DNA of 41,012 nucleotides from Perkinsus olseni (Eukaryota): NCBI GenBank assembly GCA_013115125.1, contig JABANN010000303.1, positions 1 to 41,012 of the forward strand, read 5' to 3'. Shown piece by piece: positions 13,101 to 25,473 of this stretch (position 1 is its first letter; each line of letters starts with the position of its first letter). The notes under the pieces were generated by a model. It saw only the letters and a program-made list of their open reading frames with translations, ran no database searches and was not told where the DNA came from. The position numbers and the translations under genes were made by a program.

Positions 13101-16100
13101 ATAATGGGTCGAAGGGTAGCAGTGTACCATAGGGGTACGCGTGCTAGAGAACATGTAAGAGTTGGTAAGTGATGGCACTGGATGCTTTCTGGTATCGAAG
13201 GGAGGATTTATGATTGATTCAAGTTACTCTGGGACTGGGTTGATTGGTATTTCCAGTGAACTGATCGATCGAAAGTAGTTGGATTGAATCTGGAATGCGT
13301 GTTAGAAGTCATAGTAACTTGCCGGAGCGGCATCTCGCTGTATTGCAGGCGGAATAATTTTACTCATTGCTATTGGTGACTACCACTACTTTATCCTATC
13401 AATTCTTGTACCGAGAGTTCTCGCTATCAAAATCTGTCAGCCAGAAGGCTTCGTTCTGATTCAGTCTCGCGCGAAATGCCAACCGGAGTGATCGGGAGCG
13501 CCGTCACTCTCACATTCTCCAGACCTCCTTGTCTACACATCATCGTTTTGTCAGTACAATCAGCAGCACCACAAAGAAGGGACGCTCTCCCAACAGCATC
13601 TCGTCGGCCGATCTGCGACTGCTGCTCACTGCGTGCGAGGCTATGGCCAGGGATATAAGCAAGAAGACAACTGCGGGTGGGCAGCTTCGCGACGAGAGTG
13701 CTGATGGAATGATATATATACTCTGGATGATACCGGTTATAGGCATCTTTGTATGAGGTTGATTGCGGGACAGCCTCCCGGGCTCGTGGCTCGACCACGA
13801 ATATGTGTACACGAAATTGATGGACCTAAACGAATTGGCTGTTGTCGTCGTCTTCTCTCTTGTTGTGAACTACCGGCGGCGGCCGGTAACCGGCCTACGG
13901 TGTTCGACTAACGCGGTCCGGGCCTTCTACTGCTTTGTAGTTAATCAGGGATGAGTAGTTGCTCGTACTTAACAAATTATGTGAGAGCATGAATATCTGG
14001 TAGGACAATTGAGCCATCTGGGTAGGGACTGAGTGAGAACGCGACAAGATTTAGTCTGATGAGGGAACCAATTTCACCCAGTAGGAGTAGCGAGACGGGT
14101 GTCTCAGAGCATCATCGCTGTGTGAACGGCGAGCAGCATCAGCAAGAGGAGCCCAAGGAGGCTGAGGCAGCTAGAGACAAGGAGATTGAGCGATTGGTAG
14201 AGTCCCGCGTCCAGGTGAGTACGGCTGTAATTACAGGGCGTCTCGGGAAGGCTCCGTGCTTAGGAACATGTCCATCGATACGACGCTGTGCTGAGGAGGG
14301 TTGAGGTCATGGCCGAGCAGCAGAGGCTGATGCATCGGAAGTGAGCGGGAATTGGAGAACAGGCCTGGGGAGCGGCGATAGCTGGCGTGACGGAATGAAG
14401 AGCCATCACACGTCATGATGTACTTTCGCTTGGATCGTGTCCTGTCTGATTCCTCGACTTACAGAGGAGGGGGTCCTCTCTTGCACGTATGCAATGAATA
14501 CCCGGGGCCGTTTGGACATAGCTTTCGCCCTCTGTCTACCGCCCACTGAGGGAGTTACTGCTCTCTGCCGTGATAGTTCTGAGGATTGACGCGCACAGGC
14601 TGCCCAGCTCTATCTTGTATATGGCCATGCGTGCCACCGAAGTTGTTGATGTATCTGCAGGGAAGCATTCGATTCAGTATTATTGGTGTCTTCGTGCTGT
14701 TCGTACAGGTACAAGGACGTTACTGACAGGCTGGCGGAGACGAAAGCGCAGCTCACGACCAAGTCGATTGTTACAGAGAGTAGTGGTGGCGGCGGGGGGG
14801 AACTGATCCTTTTACTCCGCTCTGAGTCGCTGAGAGGTTCGCCGAGGGAAACCACGGTCTTGCGATGGCTGAGGGGAGTGTAGCGGCTGTCGGTTGTGTT
14901 GAACTCAGAGTTGTCTAAGCTGAAGTCCGAGGCGTCGCAAACGATCGAGCTGCCAATCAGTGATGGCGGGGTTCAAACCGAGAACACAGCGTTGTGGACG
15001 GCCGGTAACCGGTCTACGCTGTTCGACTATCGCGGTCCGGGCCTTCTACTGCTTTGTAGCTCATCAATAAGTGGTTGCTCTTACTTAACAAATTATATGA
15101 GAGAATGAGACGTAATTAATATCTGGTAAGAAAATTGAGCCATCTGGGGAGGGACTGAGTGAAAACGCGACAACTTTTCGTGTGATGAGGGAACCAATTT
15201 CACCCAGTAGGAGTAGCGAGACGAGTGTCTCAGAGCATCGCTGTGCGGGCGGCGAGGAGCAAGAGGAGCCCAAGGAGGCAGAGGCAGCTAGAGACAAGGA
15301 GATCGAGCGCTTGGTAGAGTCCCGCGTCCAGGTGAGTACGGCTGTAATTACAGGGCGTGTTGGGAAGGCTCCGTGCGCAGGAGCATGTCCATCGATACGA
15401 CGCTGTGCTGAGGAGGGTTGAGGTCATGGCTGAGCAGCAGAGGCTGATGCATCGGAAGTGAGCGGGAACTAGAGAACAGGCCTGGGGAGCGGCGATAGCT
15501 GGCGTGACGGAATGAAGAGCCATCACACGTCATGATGTACTTTCGCTTGGATCGTGTCCTGTCTAATTCCTCGACTTATCGAGGAGAGGGGCCTCTCATT
15601 CACGTATACCATCTATACACGGGGCCGCTCGAAAATAGTTTTCATTCTCTGTCCACCACCTGTCGAGGGAGTTATTGCGCTCTGCCGTGATAGTTCTGAG
15701 GATTGACGCGCACAGGCTGTCCAGCTCCAGCTTGTATACGGCCATGCGTGCCACCGAAGTTGTTGATGTGTCTGCAGGGAAGCATCCGATTCAGTAATAG
15801 TTTGGCATTAATTCTGCTATAACTGCCAGTACTACGGTGTCTTCATGCTGTTCATGCAGGTACAAGGACGTTACTGGCAGGCTGGCGGAGGTGAAAGCGC
15901 AGCTCACGACCAAGTCGATTGATACAGAGAGTAGTGGTGGCGGCGGGGAACTGATCCTTTTACTCCGCTCTGAGTTTTCGAGAGGTTCACCGAGGGGAAC
16001 CACGGTCTTGCGATGGCTGAGTGTAGCGGCTCTCGGTTGTGTTGAACTCAGAGTTGTCTAAGCTGGAGTCCGTGGCGTCGCAAACGATCGAGCTGCTAAC

Positions 16101-19100
16101 CAGTGATGGAGGTGTCCAAACCGAGAACACAGCGTTGTGGACGGTGGGCTGTCAGACCGCTACGGACACGATGGCCAAGGGAACGCAGTGAGGAGCGGCT
16201 CTTGCGAATCGATCTCCGACAGTTCCTCTTTATACAGGGTCGAAGTCCCGAGTTTGGAGGCAAGAGTTGGAGTAGCGAGGTGGACTTCGATTGAGGGTAT
16301 TACTAGCTTCGGCTCGGGAGGCAATAGACGGGATTGGACGTTGTCTTGTTGTCCCTTCTCGAGGTGCCCCGCCTGCTTGTCTACAGTGTCCTGAACTTCG
16401 GAAGGAAATTTGTGAATTACGGAGAGCACTCGGTGGGGTCAGTGTGTCGGGTTCCTGCGTGGAGGGCCGTCCGCAGACGACAGCCATCAAGTCCTGGCTA
16501 CGAGTGAACGGAATTGCTGTCATTCCCAGCATGTCATTCACGGTCTTAACAAGAAGGTTGAGGTAGAGACCCTGTCGGATTCCGGTGATGATGATAGGAT
16601 GGTCAGGAGCTGAAGGCGAGTTTGATGGCTGCGGAGAGTCGACTCAAATGCCGTACGAAGGGGGTGCAGACGACGCGTCGGCTGGCTGTGTCCAGCAGCA
16701 GCTTGAGTCTTGAGGAGAGGATGATGACGGGCAGACTGGCCGCAGTACTTGGCAAGGCAGAGGTGAGGGGATTCCATCATCATGGCCATGGATTACTGCT
16801 TATCGAAACTGACCAAGATCATCATCCTTGAGGATTCGGTGAAGTCCGCAAATGCGTCCGCGCAGGCGGCTTCGCTGCGCATTATGCGAGTCGAGTTGAA
16901 ATGAGATAGTATACTGACTCCCTGACGATACTAGCATACCATCGAGTATGCTGTAGTATCCGATTGTTGTGGTATTAGAGTATAGTACACTACTGTACCG
17001 TTGATACCACCAGCAGTGCCGAGAATGGTGTACTGATTCCCAGGCTTTATCTAGGAGTGAGATGGATATATTAGTGGGCGTTCTATACTTGAGAGACCAT
17101 TCTTGACGGAGCGAAATCCGCTCGACTTCTGATGTCAACTTATACTTCCTGCTTCAGAAAATGACGGCCAACCTAATCCGATCGCAATCCTCGTCACCTC
17201 CCCGAAGCCGCATGGTGACGGTGACAGCGCCACCGCCGTCCAGGATCGCTTCTAAGGCGTCATCTGGCAACCCGGTGCATCTGGAAACAGTCAGAACACT
17301 CAGAGAGGTACCCTCCTCCGCCAAGGGACGGGTATTGGTATGATTTTTGGCTCGATAGGAAATCGGAAATCTGCGTAATGAGCGGGAGCAGTTGAAGAGG
17401 GACTTGGCCGAGTGCCGAGAGGAGAAACGGGGCGCTCGGATGGAGACGAGTCGCAGGCTGGCTGATGCTAATGAGGAGTTGCGCCGGTTGAACAAGGCAA
17501 GAAATTCGCGGGTGTTTTTCTGCGTATTTTTCAATTTTTTGCGTCGTTTTGCTTTTTTGACCTCCCGCGCGGCATCGCTCGTGGCCGCCCGTTCACGGAC
17601 GGGAGGTAGATTAGGAATACTCTGTGTTGCATGGACTGGCTTTGTAGGCCATAGAAACTGAAAGGATCGATAAAGCGGATATGATGGACGAGATGACGGA
17701 GACGGTGGAAGAATTGCGACGGACGAAGCAAAAGGCCAAGTGGGGTGGCGGATGGCAGCGTCCTCTCATCGGGCAAGTGTCGAGCATTCTAGCTCGGTTT
17801 TTTGGTCAGTCACCAAGATATAAAAATACGCGCCCTACGCGAGGAACTCAGAGTCGCACGAGAGTCTGTGAAGGAGAAGGAGCGCGCTCTGCTCGCCGCG
17901 GAGGTGATTCGTGATGGTTCCTTTTCTGCGGAGATCGTGGCGAGCTTCAGGCTGCGGGCGAGAGTCGGAAAGGCGAGGCAGATAGCGAGGTGGTGGCCAA
18001 ACTGAAATGCTGTCGGAGGGATCTGAAGTCACGAGATGTGAGTTCTTCTGATTGTAGTGGAAAGCTCAGAATACACTAGGATGGGGTGTGCCTTCACAGA
18101 GCGGTCTGACGAAGGTGTACTATGTCGTGCCGTGTGATGTAATAGTAGAACGTGGGTGGAATATCAACTCAACACGGATGATATCCGTATTATGTAGGAA
18201 TATAAGCGAGAATAGCTGAGAATATATCAACAGGAAAACCACAGCTTAGCTCAATAGTGGGACAGCAGAAACGGGACAGCAAATTGTGTGGAATATGATA
18301 TTGCATGAGTAGTTGGGCTTGTAGAGGACGGGTTAGAACAGATGGAGCAGTACACTTGGTTTCACTCACAAGCGGTGCGGAATTCACTTATCGCTCTCTG
18401 CAACGAGGGCACCGCCGATGAAGCAGCTGATCGATAAGCTATTGAACTACTCTCATCAAAATACTTAGGCAGTTTAACTTTTGTGCGTAGCAACCTTGTA
18501 CTTTGAGGAAGTCTCAACTTTTGCGGCTTGTATGGTGATTGGCTTCACCATGTACTTGCGAGACTAGAGTTAATTCCTCCACAGTATATTAGTTTGATGA
18601 AGCTAGTGAACACAAAGTAAAAGACCTTCTACGATCTCGCAAACCAGACCGTGGGAAGCGACGCAAGCATGCAAGCTCCTCAGACCGGGGGCGGGGCCAC
18701 AGGTCATTTGTGTTATGTAGAGAGCGTAAACAGGTGATCACTTTATGGGTGTTTTTCTCAGGCGACTATCAACGATTTAAGAAAAGAGATTTCGGCGACC
18801 AAGTGTCATGGGATCGAAGCGGAAGCCAAAATAAATGATTCTGAGACCCGACTCAAAAATGCCCGGGCGGATGCGCAGCGACAAGCCAGGATGGCGGAGC
18901 AGATGAAGGGTAAAGCGATGGAAGCCCAGGAGGTAGCTCGTTTCTGGCGGGCCGAGAAAGACTTCTTCGTGATGTCATCATTGTTACCTGTTTTTTGTAG
19001 GCTCTGTCGAGAGCTAGCCGGGCAGAAGCGGAAGGCAAGGAGAGGGAGAACAAGTTGCGGGTTGAGTTGGAGCGGTTAAAGCGGCAACTGGAAGTCACTA

Positions 19101-20223
19101 AGGCGAAGCTCGAGCAGGTCAGTAGCGAGGCGTCATCTCACAGTGTGCTGGGGTCCTTCGGGGGCGCTCACCAATCGAATGCACTTTGTTCTTCGTGTGT
19201 GTGAAACTGCAGTCCAACACCGACAATACTGAGTCGTTATTGTCGTGGAGGGCCAGCCCAGCCTGTTGCATATAGCTCTTTGCTCGAGAGGTCTCAGAAC
19301 TTTGTATCAGTTGTAGCGAGCAGTTGCTCGTAGGATCTCAGGTCAGTCCTGAAGAACGCTGCTTTACTTATCAGCAGCATGTTCAATGCGAGCGCAGCGT
19401 ATTTTGCACGGTTCTTCGGTGGCGGTTTTGCCGCTTGTCTTCTCCGTGAGGGTTGATGGCACCGGCATACTTCGAACGCGCAGGATTTCTTGTGGTCCCC
19501 AGTTGCTTTATTAAATTTGCAGGTAACCGCTGAAGTGGATTCTCTGAGGGAGCAGGAAGCCAGGCGCGTCCAGGAAAAAGCAGTAACCTATTTCACTGCG
19601 TGGTTTGCGGCGCCGTCTTACATGCGATGTAGCTGGGTAGACAGGTTTTTGGTATTTTTAGAGTCGGCGGGCTCGGAAGCAGATCACTCGGCTTGCGCCT
19701 GTCCGACGAAGCATCGCGCACCTCCCAACTCACCACGTGACGCAGATGCAAAGGCCTGCAGGTGGGCACCGGTCGACCTGCAATATTATCATCACTTCCA
19801 TGTCATACGCTTATGAGAGTCCTGGACTGTTCGAGGTCGGGTTGTCTCTGTCCTCCCTCATTTGCCTTGCGCGATGAACGAGCCAATGCATTCTCTACAG
19901 TAATGGCGTCAATGATACGCTCAAGTATTTCATGAGTAGCCTGCGATGTAGTGTGTAGTTTCCGTGTCAGCAGCCAGTGGGCGTCTTGTATGAGAACTCA
20001 TAATGAGTTTTGTATCTTTTCGAGCATCGTTAAAAGTCTCCTCCTGTGGTGCATCCTCTGTCCTTCAGCGCACTCGGAGATGGGCTCGCGTCAGCCTGTC
20101 CAGACGGTTAGGCCCGAGGCGTCGGACGTTTCGAGCGTCTTGGAGTCGACTAGCGGAGATATATCATCCGAAAGGCTTTTGGGGTCGGCCGATGATGATG
20201 ACTCTGATGACATGCGCATGTGA
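4104..20223 (+). CDS. Very large multi-exon coiled-coil protein, possibly CEP290-like (centrosome/ciliary transition zone)
   Basis: Dozens of short E/K/R/L/A-rich exons flanked by AG/GT(GC), e.g. EELLREQLETIRKRLELSEEERE, VLQSKDETIAKLREEKEAV, IQRCKFAEKEAIRQ, AEQARYDLL, LSKRVHQLTARVLSLSRLEYDARARAE, RAQLRHSEQQRGTLELKISE. Putative start ATGATGAA|GTGAGT at 4104; last exon ends ...SADDDDSDDMRM* at 20223. The CEP290 resemblance is from recalled motif order only, and the span could be more than one gene. Confidence 0.6.
5225..5486. repeat. Intronic ~100 bp repeat: two copies (~5225-5323, ~5390-5486) and a diverged third copy at ~8634-8730
   Basis: Shared TGTTATCAC-CAAACCC...GATACTGATACAAACTT-ATCTT...AG-GCTAGGGGACAGGAGGAT. 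The third copy has ...AGTGCTAGGGGGCATGAGGGTTGTG. Confidence 0.8.
10417..11787. repeat. Intronic ~120 bp direct repeat (10417-10538 and 11669-11787)
   Basis: Both copies share GATCTCGGA...AGTTTGA..CATGGGGAAGAGA..AAACAAACTGAAG...ATCCTGAACGTTGACGG...GTTAACGT.AAGGGCGC. Confidence 0.85.
13882..16143. repeat. Head-to-tail tandem duplication of ~1.1 kb (13882-15000 and 15001-16143) inside the coiled-coil gene
   Basis: Both units start GCCGGTAACCGG.CTACG.TGTTCGACTA and end ACAGCGTTGTGGACG. The duplicated exons include QEEPKEAEAARDKEIERLVESRVQ and YKDVT.RLAE.KAQLTTKSI.TESSGGGG. Confidence 0.95.
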
Positions 20224-20658
20224 GACTGCCTCTCGGGCTTTTTTTGTGATACGCACGCTTCGAGCTTAGATATGCGGTGTTTTTCAGGCTAACACTCGCG
20301 TCGCTCGGTCAGGATGAAAGTGGCTCGACTGAAGGCAGAGACACTCTCGCTCGCGTGGGAATCGGGGTCGGCTTTATGACAGTTCAGTGACAATCTTCAG
20401 GCCATTCGGGAATCCTTGACGATCCTCGAGTTGAGCCCCGAGGAAGCTGCTGATTTTCTACGCCCATTGCGGCATGTAAATTCATAAAGCACCACAACAT
20501 GCTCAACACTCAATAGTTTCCATGATGATGCACCTTGAGGGGCGTTCTCCTCGACGACTTGGCGAGCGCTGATGTTCAGAAGGGAGACAAGAGACGTGCA
20601 AAGATAGGTTTTCGTGTTTCCACTGTCTCCTCATCAGTGTTGTTATCCTATTGTCGTG

Positions 20659-22620
20659 ATGGTACGAGAACTCACAATTCTCGCCTTTTTCGGACTGCTA
20701 CCCGCCAATGGCACTATTGTTGGGCCCAGCTTGATCACACCCGGGACGTACGAGAGCGTGGCTGCTGTCGGCAACTTGACGAAGATCCATATGGAGGTTG
20801 AGTCTGATATGATGGCGAGTCTTCACTTCTTCCTCTCCGGCATTACGCTGCCGATTTCCGTTGGTCCGCACACGTTGGAGCCCGATGTAGCTGGTTTTTT
20901 GGTGTTTTCTAAGAAGAAGCTTTTTGAGAGGCGGCTGCTCACCCGGAGCTTCGAGAAGTTGAAAGAAATCGGCCCCGACATCTTCGCTTCGCTTCTCGAT
21001 TGGCGTGACATGAAGGTCTGTCAGACTACGTCCGGCACACTTACCTTACTGGTATTCGAGAGTGAGGCACTAGTCTTGCGCAAGGTCGATGTAGTGCTTC
21101 CTGGGGGTAGCACTCACGACCACGGGCAAGCTCCTGAGAGAGCACGCCATCAGGAAACGGCAGGGGGTGTCCCTTCGAACCCTATGGACACTCAAAACTA
21201 CCAGGGTACCCCCGAGCCTGAGGAAAGGGCTACAGCAGCTGAGCCTCATACTAGGCAACCACAGCCATCAATGGTTGGCTCTCAGCGTGAAGCAATGAGG
21301 GCGGAGATTCCTCCTTCCGGCGTCTACGAGAACGACCAGCCCATTCCTGGCTTTGAGAAAGTAAAGATGACCTTGGTGAAGGAGTCGCTCACTTGCTGGT
21401 TCGAGTTTCATTACGCTTGGTCGCAGAGTCCGCGGAAAGTCGGTCCCTGCAAGATGGCTGTTAGCCTCCACAGCGGGTGCCTCATGTTCGACTCCGGCCA
21501 TAAGTCCTCCCGCAGGAAAGTAGCCCGGGAGTTCACCCGCTTATCTGATGACCTTGCTCGGAACAACCACGGAAGGATCAGCTCGAGTCTCTTCAAAGTC
21601 TGCTTCGCACCGCCAATGCAAACTGAATTAGTTATCGGAGTGGCGCGGTATCCGATGAAAGTGAGGGATTCTTCGGCGACAGCCACATCATCGATCTCGA
21701 ACTCTCCTGATTCGCCTTCCGAACGAGGAGGTTCCGAAACTATCTCTGGGAGGAGATGGGCCGGTGGGGACAAAGGCCATGGCCATTCGATCGTTAGTGG
21801 CGTGCCGGGAAAGAAAAGGGTAGCAACAAGAGACCCTACCTCCGGCCCTCTCAAACGGTCACGCCGGCAACCTAAGAGTCGGGTCGAGCCGAAGCTAACG
21901 GCCAGACCACCGCCGCCCGGTGTCTACCACAACGTCTTTCCTATTCTTAACTTCACGAAGGTGGAGATGAATCTTACGACCGATTTGGCTTGCCAGCTCA
22001 AATTCTGGATTCCGGGATTAGCAGCGCCAGTATCGGTGGGCCCTCACAAAATTGTTGCGAGTCTACTCGACGACTGTTACGAGTTCGATCACCGAGACAA
22101 CGTGGCCATCGGGAGAACTAGATGGGCCTTCAGAAAGCTATCCGATGAGCTTGCTCGGAGACGCCTGCCGAGGATTTCCATGGGTGATATCCAGGTTCGC
22201 GCCTCGTCCTCAGAGCAGGTGGATCTGGTTATTGGAGTGATAAGGTATCCAATGAGACCCTGCGAGGCTCCTGCTGGACTTGTCCCGGGGAGTACCAAGG
22301 CTGCACTCAAAGCGTTCCTCCAAAATCGGAGGCACCAGAGTGATGATGGTAAACATCTCCGGCCTCCTGATGCTGGGGGAAATCATCAGCCGTTGGAGGA
22401 ACTCATGCAAGAGTCGGAAGCTCCTTACCTTGTCGATGATATTCTGAATGAAGTTGTTGATGATGAGTTTCCTTGGAGTCCCAGTGACCTCAGCCCCGGT
22501 TTCTTCGGTTTTGTCGGAGACGTGACTAGCTCGGAAGCAGACTCTTCAGGACGAGCTGAAGAAACTTCCGGAGAGGATATGATGCATCAACTTGCTGGTT
22601 ACCATACTGATGGAAATTGA
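20659..22620 (+). CDS. Intronless putative secreted protein with three tandem ~120-aa 'P-x-G-x-Y' domains (paralogue 1, intact)
   Basis: Lies in the 668-aa ORF. The ATG at 20659 gives a signal-peptide-like MVRELTILAFFGLLPANG. Domains begin TPGTYESV, PSGVYEND and PPGVYHNV; each is followed by F..F...P..VGP...F.....R..F..L, and they are separated by S/P/E-rich linkers. Confidence 0.85.
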   Translation: MVRELTILAFFGLLPANGTIVGPSLITPGTYESVAAVGNLTKIHMEVESDMMASLHFFLSGITLPISVGPHTLEPDVAGFLVFSKKKLFERRLLTRSFEKLKEIGPDIFASLLDWRDMKVCQTTSGTLTLLVFESEALVLRKVDVVLPGGSTHDHGQAPERARHQETAGGVPSNPMDTQNYQGTPEPEERATAAEPHTRQPQPSMVGSQREAMRAEIPPSGVYENDQPIPGFEKVKMTLVKESLTCWFEFHYAWSQSPRKVGPCKMAVSLHSGCLMFDSGHKSSRRKVAREFTRLSDDLARNNHGRISSSLFKVCFAPPMQTELVIGVARYPMKVRDSSATATSSISNSPDSPSERGGSETISGRRWAGGDKGHGHSIVSGVPGKKRVATRDPTSGPLKRSRRQPKSRVEPKLTARPPPPGVYHNVFPILNFTKVEMNLTTDLACQLKFWIPGLAAPVSVGPHKIVASLLDDCYEFDHRDNVAIGRTRWAFRKLSDELARRRLPRISMGDIQVRASSSEQVDLVIGVIRYPMRPCEAPAGLVPGSTKAALKAFLQNRRHQSDDGKHLRPPDAGGNHQPLEELMQESEAPYLVDDILNEVVDDEFPWSPSDLSPGFFGFVGDVTSSEADSSGRAEETSGEDMMHQLAGYHTDGN

Positions 22621-23579
22621 CCGATACTGCTGACAAAGCGCCGACCTCAGCAGGAGTCTCAACCACAGGAGCTCTGGTTGGTGGACGGCAGTGGCACGAA
22701 GAGCCAATGGGGAACTGTACGGGGAAGCCTTGCCCGGCAAGATGGTCCTTCAAAGCGGCGAAACCCTAGCTCCGAACTCGAATGCAACAGAATGTGCTCC
22801 GAGCTAAGCACCCGAATTATTTTATTGACGTCGAGCGATAGAGTCGGCTATGACGTTGGTTCACTAATATTCGGCGTGTTTTCACCGCTCTTCGATAGGC
22901 CGTCGAGCGCCTGCAACCTCGTTTTTTTGCTGCTCAGTCTTCGTCAACACTGTTAAGTGTTGAGTGACATGACCTATATATATTTTTAGCGTTGTGATAT
23001 TGCAGTATTGGTATGCGAGTGCATTTGTCTTGAGTAGTGTCGCTGTGTCAATCATATACTCAGAATGCCCGGGTGTGTATTCTGAGTTTCGCCGTGTGGG
23101 TCCACAGTGAGGCGGTAGTACCGCCACGGTACGCAAACTACTGTTGACCATTTGGAAACTCAAGTCGATGGTTGAGTGGAATGCTGAGATTCTATCCACG
23201 ATCACACTAATAAACTCATTCACTATCGGCGAGCTCAGTTGAGGAATCCTTAATAAGGATCTTAGTTGTGCACTTACACAACTACAATGACGAGCTATTT
23301 GAACGATTACTCGACCCCTCAGCAACAATCCGATTATCGCCTGGCTACATGAGTCGGCACTTGTACGTGAGGTTATGGCAGTCGGATCACATCGACGGGG
23401 TGGGCAAGAGGAAATTTGGAGAATAAGTCTTATTCAACAAGACAAAGAAGTCTTTGGAAAAACTATACTCTCGATACCGTCATCTTCTCCTCTTCACCAC
23501 CTCCCCCCGACCGGACCACCTATAGCTCCAGCACAAAGCTAATATCCCATTGCGCGCGGGAGGGTTACCAGAAGTTGGA

Positions 23580-24850
23580 ATGAACCTCTACGGCGTAGAC
23601 TGTCTACGCCCCTGCGATAAACGACCAAAGCAGCGCCGGTCTTGACGCCCTTGACTACCGACTCGGTAGTACCGAGCCATCCGTGAAGATGGCGTTATTA
23701 GTTCGGAGAGCCTGAGGCTCTCCGCTCGAGGCTCGAGCGCGTAGCTCTTGGTCTCCTCACGTTCCGAGATGGCAGTCGTGACTCAGGGGTGCCAAGGTTG
23801 AGTGAGCAAACCCCTCCAGCGCTGCACCATATCACCACCAATGCGACCCTCAAAGAGAGTCAAGCCCTTGAGTCAAGGGCCTTGACCGAGAGTGATTGGT
23901 CTAGGGCCTTAGCATACTCGACCGCAGCGAGCCTGGTGACCGCGATGGTACCAAGCTCCAAGTCTGCTGGCAAGATGCCAGCTGCGATACAGAGTGCCGC
24001 GTTGGAGTTGTTCCGTGGAGCTCGGTCCGAGCTTGGATCGCCCTCCGGAGGGCGATCCTCGCCACCATAGCCGAAACCTGCAGCAAGGCAGATTTCGCTG
24101 TGGCTGACTCCAGCCCTCCCTTCCATGCTGCGACAGCGTGACTGAGGGCTGGAACGATCGCCACCTTGTAGTTTGTGATCACTTTCTTTCCCGTGATCCC
24201 AGCACGTGCTCAGCCCAAGTGCCTCGGCCTGCCTAACTTGGCTTTGTCTTCGGCACACTCAACCTTGATAGGGTGTTGGAACGATCGGACGATCGTTCCA
24301 ATCATACGATTGGAAGCGGTGATCGAGCCAGACACCAATAACCCGGGCAACCTTGAGAACATCACCAGATATTCCATCATAAGGCAAGACATTGTCCCCG
24401 ATGGTCCTAGGCTGCCTAGGCTAGGCAGGAGGGCCTGGCTCTCGTCCGGCTCGTAGCCTACGAGCCGAGGCTACGAGTCGTAGGGCACTCCCGCGTCGGC
24501 AGCCCAGGCCAGCAGCAGAGCCTCTGCTAACCGCGTCTACACCAGCGAGTCACTGGCCCGTCGCTGGCAGCGACGGGCCAGTACCCGCAGACACCACTAC
24601 CGTGACGGTAGTAGTACTACCGTAGTACCGTCGTGTCATCCACATTGAGGGTCAGGCTCATGCCCTTCTCCATACCCGCGAACGCGTCAACTAGTGCTAG
24701 GGTGCTTAACAGAAATAGGGAGGGGCCCAAGGCGCTGCGTTGCGTTACCCCCCTTTCCAAACTCGCAATGGCCCCGTCGCTACCGTAACATATCATACAA
24801 TGATATGGGGGGGGCATGTCCCCATAATCACCGCATATTCCCACGGGAAA
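23580..24850 (-). mobile_element. Decayed non-LTR retrotransposon (LINE) reverse-transcriptase fragment
   Basis: Minus-strand peptides GVTQRSALGPSLFLL (cf. GVPQGSVLGPLLF), LNVDDTTV (cf. YADD), VARVIGVWLDHRF (cf. KYLGVWLD) and YKVAIVPALSHAVAAW (thumb region) occur in the expected order, broken by frameshifts. Boundaries are approximate. Confidence 0.85.
23655..24632. repeat. Cluster of X[1-7]+revcomp(X)+X[2-8] scars and 1-nt-spacer palindromes within the LINE remnant
   Basis: 23655 CTACCGA-CTCGGTAG-TACCGAG; 23865 CCCTTGA-GTCAAGGG-CCTTGAC; 24406 CCTAGGC-TGCCTAGG-CTAGGCA; a nested pair at 24597-24632; palindromes at 24447-24467 and 24552-24582. Confidence 0.9.
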
Positions 24851-25111
24851 TTTCCCAGTACTTCTTAATGAGAATGGCCTATAAACATGTGATACTCTAG
24901 ATACAACATATTGCTACATAGGCACACTTATATTGGTGGAGATGAGACACATAAGACCGCGGACAACGATACCATAGCTAATCGATAGAACAGAGCAGAT
25001 CAATGGGAGACAGAAATTGTGCAGACTATCACAACACATCATAGAGACCGATGGAACACAATGGTGCATCCGAATAAACGATTATTGGAAGGAAGTTCAC
25101 TACAAAGAGTA

Positions 25112-25160
25112 AGTACGCAGCGTACTGTAGGCTGGCGCGTGTTTAGTAAACACTGTTTAC
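25112..25160. repeat. Two adjacent 14-nt inverted-triplication scars
   Basis: 25112 AGTACGC-AGCGTACT-GTAGGCT (one mismatch); 25139 GTGTTTA-GTAAACAC-TGTTTAC (exact). Confidence 0.88.
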
Positions 25161-25473
25161 GTTAGTTGTGTTACAGGGTGGTCGGTTTTAGGGTTTTATT
25201 TTATAACTCCCCCCCGGGGAGTTAATGATAACCGCACAACTTGTGTTGCATACTTCATGCGTGTTGCGTAATGCGCTAGCGTTATGCACAACAAGAATCT
25301 ATCCTCATTGTAGTTGGAGGTAATAGTCACTGACCACTCGCCACATTAGGGAAATCCAGTTCTTGCGCTGTTGCTAGTTCCGCAACGCCGCGACGCGCCC
25401 TGGTGGAGGACGCAGAGACGGGAGACGCAAAGGTAGCCAACGGAACTCAGCGTTTCCGCTACTGCTTGCTAAA

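Noticed and set aside
24900-25080. Faint resemblance to Ty3/gypsy RNase H / integrase zinc-finger region
   Set aside because: No convincing catalytic motifs; too degenerate to call.
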